DNA of 63,209 bases, counting the filler, from Choristocarpus tenellus KU-1152 (lineage: Eukaryota; Protista; Phaeophyceae), in NCBI GenBank assembly GCA_964200185.2. It is 9 parts of 9 records of this genome, joined end to end, with 100 filler letters (N's around TTAATTAATTAA, not from the genome) between each part and the next. Parts side by side here need not be neighbours in the genome. Positions count along the whole stretch, not along the records: positions 8,723 to 14,075 come from CAXNAD020011062.1; positions 14,176 to 21,193 come from CAXNAD020006850.1; positions 21,294 to 27,311 come from CAXNAD020009157.1; 6 more parts are not named here. One strand, given 5' to 3'. The notes under the pieces were generated by a model. That model was not told where the DNA came from, ran no database searches, and was given only the letters and a program-made list of their open reading frames with translations. The position numbers and the translations under genes were made by a program. Numbering within the stretch: position 1 is the stretch's first letter; each line of letters begins with the position of its first letter. Of the stretch, positions 10,659 to 23,639 are shown piece after piece.

Positions 10659-13600
10659 AGGTTACCACCCCCAGATGAAACACCTTTGGCCACAACTGTA
10701 TCTACAACACCCATACACATCACTGTTTTTCATCGCATCCTCAACCACGCTGGTGAAAAAATTCTTCGACACACTGCTAAGGAACAAGGAATCACACTGA
10801 CAGGAAACTTAGCGTCAACAAAGTGCATAGGGTGCGCAAAAGGGATTAGGATAAAAGACTGTCCCAAAATCCACCACTGCACGAGCTAGGGGACCCTTCA
10901 CTCGCGTCTTTATTTACCTCACAGGACCGAAGAAAGTTAAATGACTCGGTGGGGCTGAGTACGCCCTGGCAATCGTCGATGATGCAACTCGCTTCACCTG
11001 GATACGACTACTCCTGAAGAAGAGCTATGCAGCCAAGGCTCTTGGGCGATGGTTTAAGACTGAGGTACTTCCAAGTGGGCGACGCATTAAATATATTCGA
11101 CAAGATCCAGGGAGTGAGTGGCAGATTGAGGAATTCCAGGAATTGTTCATGGAAATGGGTGCGGTACAGGAAATGACCAGGACAGGTGAACTCCAGTATA
11201 ATGGTGTGGTCGAACGTCGCATCGCTCAAGTGGATAGTGGTGGCAGGGCCAGCATTTATTCTGCAGGATTGGAGGACAAAATGTGGTTATGGGGAGAGGC
11301 TTACAACCATTCAGCTTTCATCCTCAACAGAAGTGCAACTGTTGCCAATAAGGGGACTTCCCCTTATAGAGCTTTATATGGGGAAATTGGATCCCTAGTG
11401 AGCGTCCCAGCATTTGGTGCCCCTGGATACTACAAGTCTAGCCCTGGACATAAGCTTGGGAGTCGTGGGCAACAGTGTATCTTGGTTGGTATATCTGAAA
11501 ATAAACCCCGTGGCACTTTCCGCGTCCTAGACTTCACTACAAATCGTATCATTCAACGAGCTAACATACATTGACACCCAACCAAGGATGGCAGAGTCCG
11601 TTTTCCAATTTCTGATTTAGACCGGGATCATGATGATTTGGATGACACTCCTGGATATATTCTTCTTCCCCATGCACGCCGAAGGACTACTGAAGATTTG
11701 GATGACACTCCAGGATACATCCTCCCTCCACATGAAAGAAGATGGACGGGAGAAATCTAGGAGATGGGAGGTGAATGTAATGATGATGGAATCACCTGGA
11801 TTGAAGGTGAACGAAGTGATGACACTGGGATAGTGATGAACTTGTGGAGGAGAATGAGGACAACATTGATGATGACAACGAGGCGGAGGAGAACTAAGAC
11901 AACAATGATGGTGATGATGGTGGGATGGATGAAGCCAAGGACAGCCAATGTGAAAGAGAACTAGGACGACTCAGCATTGGAAATGGTGAAGATAACATCC
12001 TACCCCACCGCACCAGATCAGGCAATACTTCTGCCAAAGCTGCTGTTTTTGACATTTCCATTTTTCTATGACTTGGTAGCTGCGCAATGACTCTCCCTAT
12101 TACATTCTTTGAAGTTGTAATTACATTTTTTCATTAGACTACCCTTGTGATGTGTGCGAGTGATGATTCTATTCGAGTGTTAGCGGATGAGCTCCCTCCA
12201 GAACCCAAGACTGTAAGAGCAATATGTAGCTCTCCCGAATGTGATTTATGGGATCGAGCTAGAGCAGAAGAGATGTCTGGTTTGTTGTTGAATAATGTTT
12301 GGGTAGAGGCCGTATTACCCCCTGGACGCAGGGCTATAGACACTAAATGGATTCACAAGCGTAAGACAAACAAATTTGGTGAGGTAGTGAGATACAAGGC
12401 ACGTTTGGTAGCAAAAGGTTTTCGACAGATTGAGGGTTTAGATTATCAAGATACCTTTGCACCAACACCGTGCCCTGCATCTTTGAGAATTGTTTTAGCT
12501 TTAGCAGCAGACAAGGATTGGGAATTGAAACATTGGGATGTGAAACAAGCTTTCATACAAGCAGATATAAATGAAGAGATTTTTGTTCGCTTATGTGATG
12601 GATGTGGTATATGGTCTGGAGAGATTGTGCGTTTGTTTAAGGCACTTTATGGCACCAAACAGGCAAGCATAGAGTTTAATAATCTGTTGGTGCACGTTTT
12701 GGAAAAGTGTGGCTTTGAGCAATGCAAAGCAGATCCTTGTGTGTTACGCTATGTAAGAGATGGTGTTGTTTGTGCTGTGATAGCCCCCCACCTAGATGAT
12801 CTATTGGTAGCTGGTAAAATTGACGTTTCGATTTGGGTTCGCTCCAGGATTAAAGAGCAGTTTTCCATAGAAGACTTTGGTGATCTTGAGTATTATATGG
12901 GTTGTGAGATTTCACGTGACAGAACTGCACAGACTATCACCATCAGTCAGAATAGGTACATTAAGAGTATTTGTCAAAGATTTGGTATGGATGGGGCAAA
13001 GAAGAAGTCGGTACCCCATGATCTCGCAAGGACTCTAGACGAGTGAGATTCATCCAAGTGTTGATGAAAATACACCGTACAGAGAAGCAGTTGGTAGTTT
13101 GATGTGGGCATCTGTTATGACCAGGCTTGATATTGCAAATGTAATTCGTGAAGTTGCCAAGTACAGTAGCAATCCCAAAGTCACACATTGGCGTGCAGTG
13201 AAATGTATTTTAGCATATTTAAATACGTGTCCCAGTGTTGGATTGAGTTTTGGTGGTTTTGATACTGAGTGTGAGTTGAGTGCGTATGCTGATGCTAGTT
13301 ATGCTGGAGACTGGAATGATCGTAGATCAGTGACTGGAGGAGCAATAATGTTTGCAGGAGGAGCAACATCTTGGATGTCAAAGGTACAAAGAGCTGTAGC
13401 TCTGTCTTCCACAGAGAGTGGATACATAGCTCTTAGTAGTGTGGCACAAGAATTTCTTTTGTTGAGAAGTGTTTTTGAGTTTATTCAGTCACAGTTTCCT
13501 AGGCGTTGCATTGAATTGTTTGAGGATAACGATGGTGCATGCAAACTAGTACGAAATGCCACAAGCTCTACTAGAACAAAGCACATTGCTGTCCGACATC

Positions 13601-13738
13601 ATTTTCAGAGGGATTTATCTAGAAAAGGAGAGATTCGTGTTGTTTTGTTGGTACTGCAAATCAGAGGGCAGATGTATTGACCAAGAATTTGCCAGTCCGA
13701 GTTTTTAGACAACATATAAAGTTTTTGATGAACATGTG
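10659..13738 (+). pseudogene. Copia pol remainder (integrase, RT, RNase H) with stops and frameshifts
   Basis: GAG-pre-integrase FHRILNH...CIGCAKG; integrase core IVDDATRFTW, IRQDPGSE, NGVVERR; RT RYKARLVAKGF, WDVKQAF, KALYG, HLDD; RNase H YADAS, STESGY, EDN, RTKHI. Confidence 0.92.
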
Positions 13739-13873
13739 ACACAAAATGTGTGTTTTATTTTTCGTTGTGAATGTTTGAGAGTTAATTCTTGTTTTCAGCA
13801 AGGGGAGGATGTCGAATAACCTAGTGTTATTCTTACGTTATCTGTGCTGATCCAAGTAAACAACATAGCTTAT

Positions 13874-14075
13874 GAGTGGAAGTATCTTAGAAGGTATGAG
13901 TTTTGCCCTGTTTGTCCATATGGGGTTTGGCTTCCCATGGATTTTTTTATGATATTTCCCTACTCCAAAATGTTTAGGAGTAGGTAAAATGTATACGTTA
14001 TGAAAAGGTGTTTCCGAAACATAGATACTGAAACGTCCTAACAAACACGATAGCCAAAATTACATCAAATTCGCA
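13874..14075. mobile_element. MITE family A, left part, inserted in the copia 3' LTR
   Basis: gagtggaagtatcttagaaggtatgagttttgccctg...; runs off the contig end. Confidence 0.88.
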
Positions 14076-14175
14076 NNNNNNNNNNNNNNNNNNNNNNNNN
14101 NNNNNNNNNNNNNNNNNNNTTAATTAATTAANNNNNNNNNNNNNNNNNNNNNNNNNNNNNNNNNNNNNNNNNNNN
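14076..14175. other. Artificial contig-join spacer
   Basis: N44-TTAATTAATTAA-N44. Confidence 0.99.
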
Positions 14176-14251
14176 AAAACACTATTACCCCCCAAAATAA
14201 CAACCCCCCCCCCCCCCCCCCCCCCCCCCCAACTTCCCCTCCAAGAAGCAC

Positions 14252-17217
14252 CTGGAACTCCGTGTAGGGATCCAAAGTCCTGAGCATCGACACCACTGCA
14301 GTCTGGAGGAGGCGATCCATATCCACCGCCTCCACATAACCCTGCAAAACCATTGTCCGTAGGTTTTGTGTCAAATTCATCCCATTTTTTTTTCCCCACA
14401 CTATCGAACTGACTACAGCAGTCCACAGACATCGTCATTTTCTCATTATTTTTTATTTTTAATGGAACTGTTTTATGCGAACTTTTTTTTTTTTAATTAA
14501 ATGGAGGGAATAGATATGACTAGGTTGCAATACGACCCAAGGAGAGAAGGAGGGGAGAGGGGGGGGGAGGAGAAGATTAAAAATGGAGAAGAGGAATTAC
14601 AGAGGTTGAAATGAAAGACAGGAGAGAAAAAGACTTGAGCATAAAGTACGTTCCTGTCGTAGATTCAGCAAAATATTTTTTTCTTACAATTTATTTTAAT
14701 AAACTGGCAACAATTCATTCGTGCAGAAGAAAAAAAAAATGCATTGCATCTATTCTTGGTGGAATAAAAAAAAAATATACCTATTTTAAAAGATGGAGTA
14801 GGGGGATGATTTAGGAGAAGAGAAAATGGCTGCACCATCGCAATAGCATCATAGGTCAGCATGGAGAAGGGGGTAGGGGCCAGATCAAATTAGTTAAAGA
14901 ACCTCCACCTTTGTCTGGGCGACTCTCCTCCTTGCTATCTCTCTTTCGGAAATATATGAAGAGGAACACACTTCTGGCATTGACCTTCATGATTTACACG
15001 GGACCAACCAACCAACCAACCAACCGTGAACTGTAGGGGTACCCACTTAAAGGTACCTCAAAAGTACCAAGAAATTTACAAAGGTGATTTTATAGAGTCA
15101 TGCAACCAATCACCTCTTGCACAAGATAAAAAAAAGAATAAAGAACCCAATATTCACTTTCAGGGTCAGGGCATAAGGTTCGTCCCTACAGGGTGGGGGT
15201 GATGGGGACGGCGCCTACACAGGAGAGCTCACATGCAAAGGACTTCCTGTGGAGAGAAATGGAGAGAACAAGTAGACATCAAGGGGATGAGGTCATGAAC
15301 CTTCTAGACCATACAATGATAGAAACAATAGATGCTTGAGTCATGGAAGACTGGGTCTTCACTGGGGGGGGGTAACCTACGCTTTGGTTACTGAAGTGGA
15401 GAGAGAAATCAGAAGTCAAAAGCGGAAGTGGGGTCTCTCCTTTGTTTGGTACTTACTGCTCATCTGACTCTTCTCGAAAAATCTGTCCACAATTGGTAGA
15501 GTTGTGTAGCTCACCAAGCAAGGGTAGGGATAACATCTATTAAACACTTCAAACTCCACCAGTAAATCCACATCTCTTCCATATCGGAATAAAATGCCTG
15601 TTGATATATTTGCTGTTGACTGAAGGACTCAGTTGGAGAGGAAGGGAAATAAAATAATAGAACTCTCTACTTCCATCAAAAATCAAGAGCAATTCATCTC
15701 GAGAGAAATTGGTTAGGCTTGAGCGAAGGTTGAGTGCATGGGTTTAAGAACATTAAGACCACTGCACTACCTGTGTATGATAGACATAGAGAGAGAGAGA
15801 GAGAGAGAGTGCAGGTACAAGCAGTGCACACACTATACCATACAAAAGTAAAGCAGGCAACACCTAACTTGTCCTGGCAACGCACAAGGTGATCCCACAC
15901 TGCCTGTTGACTTCCACGAGGTTTTAAATGCTACTGCTATCACATCTCTCAACACATGGCTCTATGCCACCTCATGGCCCCAGTCATAGCAGACAAATCC
16001 CTTCAAACCACATGGACGCCAAGACTGCTGTGGTCAATCCCAGCTAGATTCAATTCCCAATTTTGACCTACAATCACCTCATCAATATCCATCAGGACAT
16101 TTTCAAACAATGTAAGGCTCTTCTGCATTCCCGTTCCAACATCAGTATATGGAACGAACACCACACCAACAGCAAGAGCCAGTCCACTCAGCACTCCCCC
16201 CACGTAGATGCTCGTTTCTCGAAGCGGCAGAGTGACATTACCCCCCCATGGAGCCTGGAAATTTCCATCTTTTCCAGGAACTACCTTGGCTGATGCTAAC
16301 ACAGACGAGTATGCCTCCATCATCTTATCCCCAAGCGCACCCCATAGTTTCTCCCCAGGAGATGCTCCACCTTTTTCTCCTTTCCGAGCTGGTTGGCCCC
16401 CCTCACTGCCCACCTTTTCCTTTCCTGCTCCACCCACCACTGGTCGAGAAGAGAAGCCCCAACTGTCGAACCAGCCCGCGAGTTTGGTCACAACTAACCT
16501 GTCTCTGCTTGCCCCAATGGCGTGGGAGGGGGCTATTCGACGGCATGGGGGTCGGATCGTTGTTTGTGGCAAGGCGGAGTTGGTTCGTCGCCTGCAGCCA
16601 TAGAACACATGACAAATACAGAGAAGAGAGGGGAAAGAATGTTGTGTCATATGGGAAGAAGGAAGGAAGGCCGAAAGAAATCATAAATAACCGACCCCTT
16701 CGGTGAGTTTTTCTTGGGCTTACTAGTGTCGAGCATTTCCCCTTGCAGTCTAGACCTGAAAACAGCACACCGATTGGGGCGTGAGATACCTCCTTGCCAA
16801 TACTGTCGAGAAAGGTGATCGAGAAGTCATCGTCAAGACTAACAACTAACCCGGTAGATTACGTCCAAAATGATGAGTTCCTAAGTCGGGCGAGCTGGGA
16901 AGGGACATACGTGTTTCCCAACCAAATATCACCATCGTCCATTGCCTCTGCAACATGTCATTTGCAGATCCATGCCCAGGGCTTCCACCAACACGACTGA
17001 AAGGAGCATGACGGAGAGATCACGTTCCAACTATTTCCAGGTTTGAGTCTGTAACCTCATCGTCTCGAACCCGTGGCAATTTGTTCAACATAGATTGATG
17101 CTTCAACTGAACAAGCACGACTCGTCCCTGAGCTAACCTTAGACCCGGAGTCGAGAAAGCCACCGCCTGACTCCATCCCAGAAGAAAGACAAAAACTGAT
17201 CTACTTGCGATCCACAT
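14252..17217 (-). CDS. Carboxyl-terminal processing protease (peptidase S41A/CtpA-type), 5' part, probably plastid-targeted
   Basis: Exon ~16591-16078 splices in phase 0 (GT-AG) to exon 14341-14252, giving KSLTLFENVLMDIDE|GYVEAVDMDRLLQTAVVSMLRTLDPYTEFQ, the S41A N-terminal LDPY(T/S) motif. The likely first exon MWIASRSVFVFLLGWSQAVA-FST looks like a signal peptide with Phe at +1. Intermediate 5' exons are unresolved and the catalytic domain is off the contig. Confidence 0.75.
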
Positions 17218-17553
17218 CAGAACCTAAGTCGTCTACGAGTCTCTAAGACTGGTTGTTCGAGAGAAATTCCCCGTTGCTCTTGTCCGACTCGGCCTCGTGT
17301 CAGAGGCAGTTGCAAGGTCACGGCAACGACCAGGACCTCTTAGATACTCTCTAGAAACTAATTTCTTTCCAGGATGTGCAGCAAAGCAGGGATTGACCTG
17401 CTTTTTCGAGGCATAACCTCATTCTGCGTAAGTGTACTTTTTCTTGACCTAGTTGTATCTAATGTTGAGTGAGGGCAAGAACAAGGCCTCCGATGATCCA
17501 TAAACTCCTTTGAGTTCAACTAGGTTGACTTCAATCCAATTCTGGTTAGAATT

Positions 17554-20500
17554 ATGGTGGATGATTTGCCCTTCGTTGCGATCAACGCGCCGCTGAAGGT
17601 GCCTTGTAATATGAACGATACACGTAATGGAGTCGGGTGGAAAAATGGCCACGCCGCGTCAATCTTTCAAGACGATGCGGTCAGAGATATCAGAGAGGAC
17701 GAGGGAGAGGGTGAAATCAGTGCAGTTGTACAGGCGAGGGTCTTATAGGAGGGTGGAGTAGGCTTTCGTTGAACTTTTTCGTTCTTCGTCTTTCCTTTGT
17801 ATGCTTTGGTTGTATTATCTGCCAGGTGTGCGATGTGTGCTGCCAGTTGTTGGACTTGTGCTTGGTTGGGCTTTGTGGAAATGGAGGAGTAACGGATTGA
17901 ACGTTACGTGGGAAAGGACCTTCCTTACGAACTGGCAGAGCAATGGACACTAGCTAGAAGCTACTTTTAGAGTATGAGTGCCTATTCAATACTCGCAATT
18001 TGACTATAATGAAGCATCGCCAGGGTGCGATGATATCCGCTGGCTAACCTTGAACCATATTGCTGGTCCAGGCTCACCGGTCTTCGTTGAGCGCTGAGGA
18101 TGCCTCGAAGCAGGGAAACCTCGCCGCTGCAGCACGATTACACCTCGTTGCTGCCAGGGGTTTCTTCCAGGCCGCACGCGAGGTGATATCTCCGGGCATT
18201 TTGAGGGTCTAATCGTGGGTCGCTGTTTGGCTTACCTATGAAAGCCAGTAACATTGATACAGATGATGAAAGATGTTGAAGGCACCCTTCGTCAGATATT
18301 ACCTTCCGAGGCATCCGTGTGGACTGCTCACGTTCGATTGTCTTCTTCTCTAGCCACACAGTATCCCTGTTCTGACAAAGAAAGGTACTTCAAGCTGAGG
18401 TACCAAATGTCTCTCCAGACAGGACAACGGGATTTTTTGCTTGCCCTCCTATGCCTCTTTTCAGGACACTCCAATGGCCTCTTCCCTCATCAGCAGCCCT
18501 GCATTTTTTGACACCTGACCCCCTTCCCCACACTTACGCACCCACACTAGGTTCAGGAAGCCAAAGTGTTGGCATCATCACTCCTCCTTTTGGCTGATTC
18601 TCATGCAGCAAAGTCTGAGGGGGCTACAATTCGACTCAGGTCAATGTTTGCTCAACCACACAACGCTCGTGCCTGCAAAATTGAGTTGTGATTGTGTACT
18701 GCTTGTCTGTCTGTCTGTTGTGCAAAAGAGAGAGTGGCTCAGAGCATGGTGGGTTTTAGGGTAGCACTGTTTTAGGGTAGCAAGGAGGCTCAGGCGAAGG
18801 TTTTTGTTGAAAGAGGAGTAAAGTGGGAGAAAAGACTATCTGGAATATGATACCAACTCCTCAATGTATCTTCAAACTCCATGCGACTATTTTCCTGCCC
18901 CACCTCCCCTGAAACGCAAGGATCAGCGAAGACACGCACATGCACATGCATACATGAATGGACGTTTTGTTCCCACTTACCTTTTGCTTCCCTCGCAACA
19001 ATGGTTTCCTTCAGGTTTTCTTCTGAAGGGAATCACCCAGACATGGTCTGCCTGGGCAGCAGCACAGGTACTGTGTCCTCTTCACGCTCAAATTCCCATG
19101 GGGCTGGAGCTGGAGCAGGGACAGTAGGGGGGTTGATGGGATCAGAGAGGCAGGGAAGACGTCCTCATCATCGTGACACTGCGCAGCAAGATCTTGTAGA
19201 TCTAGCCATGGATGATAGCATCATGAACATCAGGAGAACCCAATCATCAGTGACAGAGCGCAGCGGTTTGGGCGGAGGGAGTGGTGGAGACAAAGGGAAG
19301 GGAGGGGCTGCCAATGACCTCAGGTAACCTTCGTTGAGCTCTTGAAACTTTTGTAGTTTGTACTACACTTTGTTGTTCTTTGTGCAAACTGGAGTGAGTG
19401 GACTGGACTTGAGTGTGCAGTTTTGGTGTGTGTCGCATGAGAGTGTTGTACTTGTGAGGGAGGGGGCGGGGGCGGGCGGTACAATTGCAGTTGAGCATGT
19501 CGACAGCAAAGAGTCAAAGATGATTTGTTAGGCTTCCATTCCACTTCAATCGTGTTGTTTCTTGGTTTTAACATGCATATATTTGAAAGTGTCCCCACTT
19601 CCCACCCTAACCCCCTTTTCCCTGTCACGAAGTACCTAAACTTGTAGCCTAGCACCACCACCCTCGCTCTTGCTGAGGTCCAATCCCCCACAATATTCAT
19701 CCGCACATCCACATCCTCCTCCTAACATTCTTTTTTTTTTAAAGAAAAATATAGTGTATGTAGAAAATGACAAGTACACATATCCACTACCACCATAGCT
19801 CCACAATGTCACCAAAAATGTTTTCAAATAGAGTTTTGAATCAAGAGGACTGGCGAGCAGGATTTTAGTTCTCCCGTAGAAGTTTCAATGCGCTTGATTA
19901 GAACTGAAACCTGGGTGTGGCGCACGAAACGAGGGATGTGATTCGCTAGCATTGTGCCTGTTCACTCGAAAAGAAATAGCCGTCCAAATCTGACTCCTCT
20001 CTGGTCAGTTTTTGATGTCATTTGTCTTGGATTTTTTTTTTTTAATCGAAATGGTTGACAACACACCAATTTTCATCAGTTCCTTGCATGCTCTGAGAAG
20101 GAAAATGTATCAAAAATAGCATTATGACCTTCCCTCTTTTTTTGGTGCTCAAAAGACCAAGGGTGGAGAGTCTTTTAGAGCTCGAGCACCACCTCTCCAA
20201 ACTGGGACTGGAGCCCAAGGTCCAAGTAGTCCGCTCTCGCCACCACCACCCTGGCACGGCACAAGGTCATCAACCGCGATGCCTCTCCTCTGCTCTGGGA
20301 GAATCATTCTGTCTGCTCAACCAATCTGTCATTATGGGTGCCGGGGGCACCACCCCCATGAGCACCAGCACCAGCTTGGTTGGCGGGGGTGTAGCTGGTT
20401 CATGGGTGAGGGGGGTGGGTGGAGGTGCAACAAATGACGTCAATGATGCCACTCTCCAGGGTTGTCTTGATACCACGGTAGTGGCTACTGTGGCCAACAC

Positions 20501-20857
20501 TCCGTCTCCTGTTGTACAGCAGACCCCTCGCCCTGGTAGACTTGGCCAGGCTTTTCCTCCAAGGGCCGACCCTGCGGCGAATACTTGTACATTGTCACCT
20601 TCATCTTCTAATGTTGATGATGGGGTGGGGAAGGGAGGGCGGGGCCGGGGGGGGAAGGATCGAGGAGGACAAAGCGAGGGTGTTTCCGTTGTTCAGTCAT
20701 CGTATGATGGGCAGGGGGGTGCTGGTGGAGTGATGGGGCAAGCCAAGACAGGTGTGACTGGAAAGACGAAACTCCTTGGAAGTGGTAGGGGAGGGGGAGG
20801 TGATGATGGGTCTGTGGTGACATCGCAGGTTCTCCTGGGCAGGCGTGATGAATCAGG
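17554..20857 (+). CDS. NRBF2/Atg38-like MIT-domain protein, 3' incomplete
   Basis: Exons 17554-17733, 18072-18182, 18551-18639, 19015-19323 and ~20156-20857 splice in phase. AHRSSLSAEDASKQGNLAAAARLHLVAARGFFQAAREVQEAKVLASSLLLLADSH matches the remembered NRBF2 MIT pattern AH..S..A.....G....A...H..AA.....A...SL.L..DSH. Confidence 0.6.
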
Positions 20858-21096
20858 TGAGATTAAAGTGTGTTGGCGAGCCTGTTCCCGCTCTCCTTCA
20901 CTCCCTCCTATCACACTCCAAAGAAATGGCATGTCGTTGTAAGAGGTAAAGGGGGGTTGAATGTTGTACATTAAATGGTAGTCTACACCTCAACACTGCT
21001 GCATGCGTGTTGAAAGGTCTCCTTGTTTCAAATTCTATAGTACCCACTTAACTCAAACCCTAACCCTTACCCTGACACAGTAGGTGCATAATTTAC

Positions 21097-21127
<31 letters not shown>

Positions 21128-21193
21128 ACACAACAAAACCAGACAAAAAGAAAAACACAAGCCCCGCGAGGGGGCCACGCGGAGGAGGACAAG

Positions 21194-21293
21194 NNNNNNN
21201 NNNNNNNNNNNNNNNNNNNNNNNNNNNNNNNNNNNNNTTAATTAATTAANNNNNNNNNNNNNNNNNNNNNNNNNNNNNNNNNNNNNNNNNNNN
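21194..21293. other. Artificial contig-join spacer
   Basis: N44-TTAATTAATTAA-N44. Confidence 0.99.
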
Positions 21294-21488
21294 TGGGTTT
21301 TTTAATGACATTTTCCTACTCCAAAATGTTTCGGAGTGTGTAAAATGTGTATGTTATTAGAACGTGTGTCCAGAACATCGACATTGACACTTCCTAACAC
21401 ACACAATAGCCAAAATTACATCAAAAATGCAACATTGGACTTTGGCCCCCAAATGGACGCGGCTGTACCCTCTAAGATACTTTGGCTC
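21294..21488. mobile_element. MITE family A, right part, at contig start
   Basis: ...ttttcctactccaaaatgtttcggag...taccctctaagatactttggctc. Confidence 0.88.
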
Positions 21489-23320
21489 AGCCACCACCCC
21501 CTTACAGATACTTTGAGCCAAACCTGAACCCAAACCTAGCTGCCACCTATTAGAAATTGTTCAAGCCAATTATCCTGTGTAAGACATCAGCCAACAATGT
21601 TCCACAATCTACAGGGGGTTAGGCCTCGAAGGTTGTGTCAGCATTCAAACTAGATCCCAATTGTCCTTTTGGCAAGATAATTGTGGATAATCCTAATTTT
21701 TGGTTGTTCTTGTTAAACTCCTACTAGGGACAATCGTACTTCTCGAATCTTGGCCATTGCCGTCTTGGGAAGCACAAAAGCCCTACCCAATGCTACATCC
21801 GTTACCAACTTCTTCACTAGGGCCACTTCTCGGTAAACTACACTCTTAAGATTCCCGTTTTTCAACCCAACCTCTAGATTCCCATTCCATGCAACATTTA
21901 CTGGTACCCTTCTTTCTTAAGAAAATTTCTATTGTGAATCTTCTTACATCTACTCTCCATTTACTCTCCATTTACTCAATCACATTAACTTCTCGTTTGC
22001 ATAGACTGTAAAGACTTACAGTGTTCAACCCCTTCCCCTACCATTCTTACCCTTTCTACTTTTCTCCCTACCCCTATTTCACCTAGTACCCCTCCGAATT
22101 CTCACCTCAAGAAATTCAGATTGCTTTATGATCGTTCTCAATGATAGTTCTTTTTTTCTTTACTGTTTTAGAGACTATTAAAAACTCAAAATTCAAAACA
22201 CATACATCGTTGTGTCTTAGTGTTAGGGTGGCTGAGGTGATTTGTGACTCAAATATGTATTTGAGACTATACACTATTGTATTTTGACACTCATCTGTCA
22301 AGAGTCAAACGTGAAATTGATGGAAATAGGCCGACAGGTTCTTCAGACTCGGGGGAAGTCCCACAGGAGGAAAGAAATGGAGAGAGACAAATCTAGAGGG
22401 AGAGGAATCCCTCAGAAGATCACTCAGGAAAGAGTAAACAAGTAATTAAGTGAATGAGGGGGGTCTGCAAGGTCTCCTCAAACCACCAGCTATCTACTTC
22501 AAGCTGATGTTAACTTCAACATGCAAAACAGATGTCATATGAACAACAGATCTTCAAGATAGGTCACCTCAAACGTATACCCTTAGCTACAAGATTGCTC
22601 TCACATCACCCCCCCCCTTATGTAGCTTGATACATGTATCAAGACAAGACGAATGCCAATGGGAAGTGGAGGAAGTGTGTTCGAGGAAACACTGACATGA
22701 GCATTGAAGCGAAAGGAATAGTCTCTCAGCAAGGAAATGTCTTGCAAGACAGTTGTGTACACAATTTATCTGCATGCTTGCAAATGCAGAGTAAAAAATT
22801 TCTTGAGGGCCTCACAACTTAGCCCTTGTAACTTGGATTGATTTGGTGGCAACCAAATCAGTGCCGCTTCACCTTGATCAGGGGTGAAATAATAAAATAT
22901 ATCTGGGCACATGGAAAGATCACGATTTCGATGTATCAGATATGACCACGTCTGGTCAAGTCTTCAACGTGAAAGGGCATGGGCAAGGACTAGCTAGTCT
23001 TAGCTTGAAATTGTGCTCAACTCCATCAAGGAGATAAAGTTGTAAAAGCATGGACCATCATCTCCAATAAGGAGGGAAAATAATACTAAAATATCAATAA
23101 AAAAACATTGGAGTCTCCCATAAGAAACGCAGAAATCGTGATCAAATTCCACCTGTTTACCTGAAGCACCAACCATTATATACTTGTGTATATAGAGTTC
23201 AACAGTATAGGTTATGGATGCTCTAATCAATCAGTAATACATAAATTAATTTTGGAAAAAGGTCAATTTAAAACCGTGAACAAATACGGGGATGGAGTTG
23301 GTCATACACCATCACTGAAA

Positions 23321-23347
23321 TAACCCTAACCCTAACCCTCACCCTAA
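23321..23347 (-). repeat. Interstitial telomere-like (CCCTAA)n tract
   Basis: taaccctaaccctaaccctcaccctaa. Confidence 0.8.
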
Positions 23348-23639
23348 AAAATAAAAAGAAATAAAAGAAAAAAGAATAGAAACAATTGTAAAAGAGTCAT
23401 TTGGAAAAATTTAATCAGGTCTTCTCCCTCCATACATGGATGGGCGTACATGAAAATTTCTTTAACTTGGGATAAGTTGATAATATATATTGACCACAAA
23501 TTATTGAATGAAACACAAATATAATTCACAACGCCAATACATTTAGAAATATATCACCTTCAGTATGAAGTCCAATCAAGTATTGAAACTTTTCATGAAT
23601 CAGAGTTGGTATTAACGGAAGGTAGAGTGTTGGAATTGG

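Larger units (their letters stand above)
8941..13873 (+). mobile_element. Ty1/copia LTR retrotransposon, near complete and decayed
   Basis: Domain order gag-PR-IN-RT-RH. LTR sequence attctta(t/c)gttatctgtgctgatccaagtaaacaacatag occurs at 8941 and 13829. Polypurine tract aggggagga 13801-13809. The 3' LTR starts TGTCGAATAAC at 13810 and the 5' LTR ends ~9143 (gtaattcaac). Confidence 0.95.
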
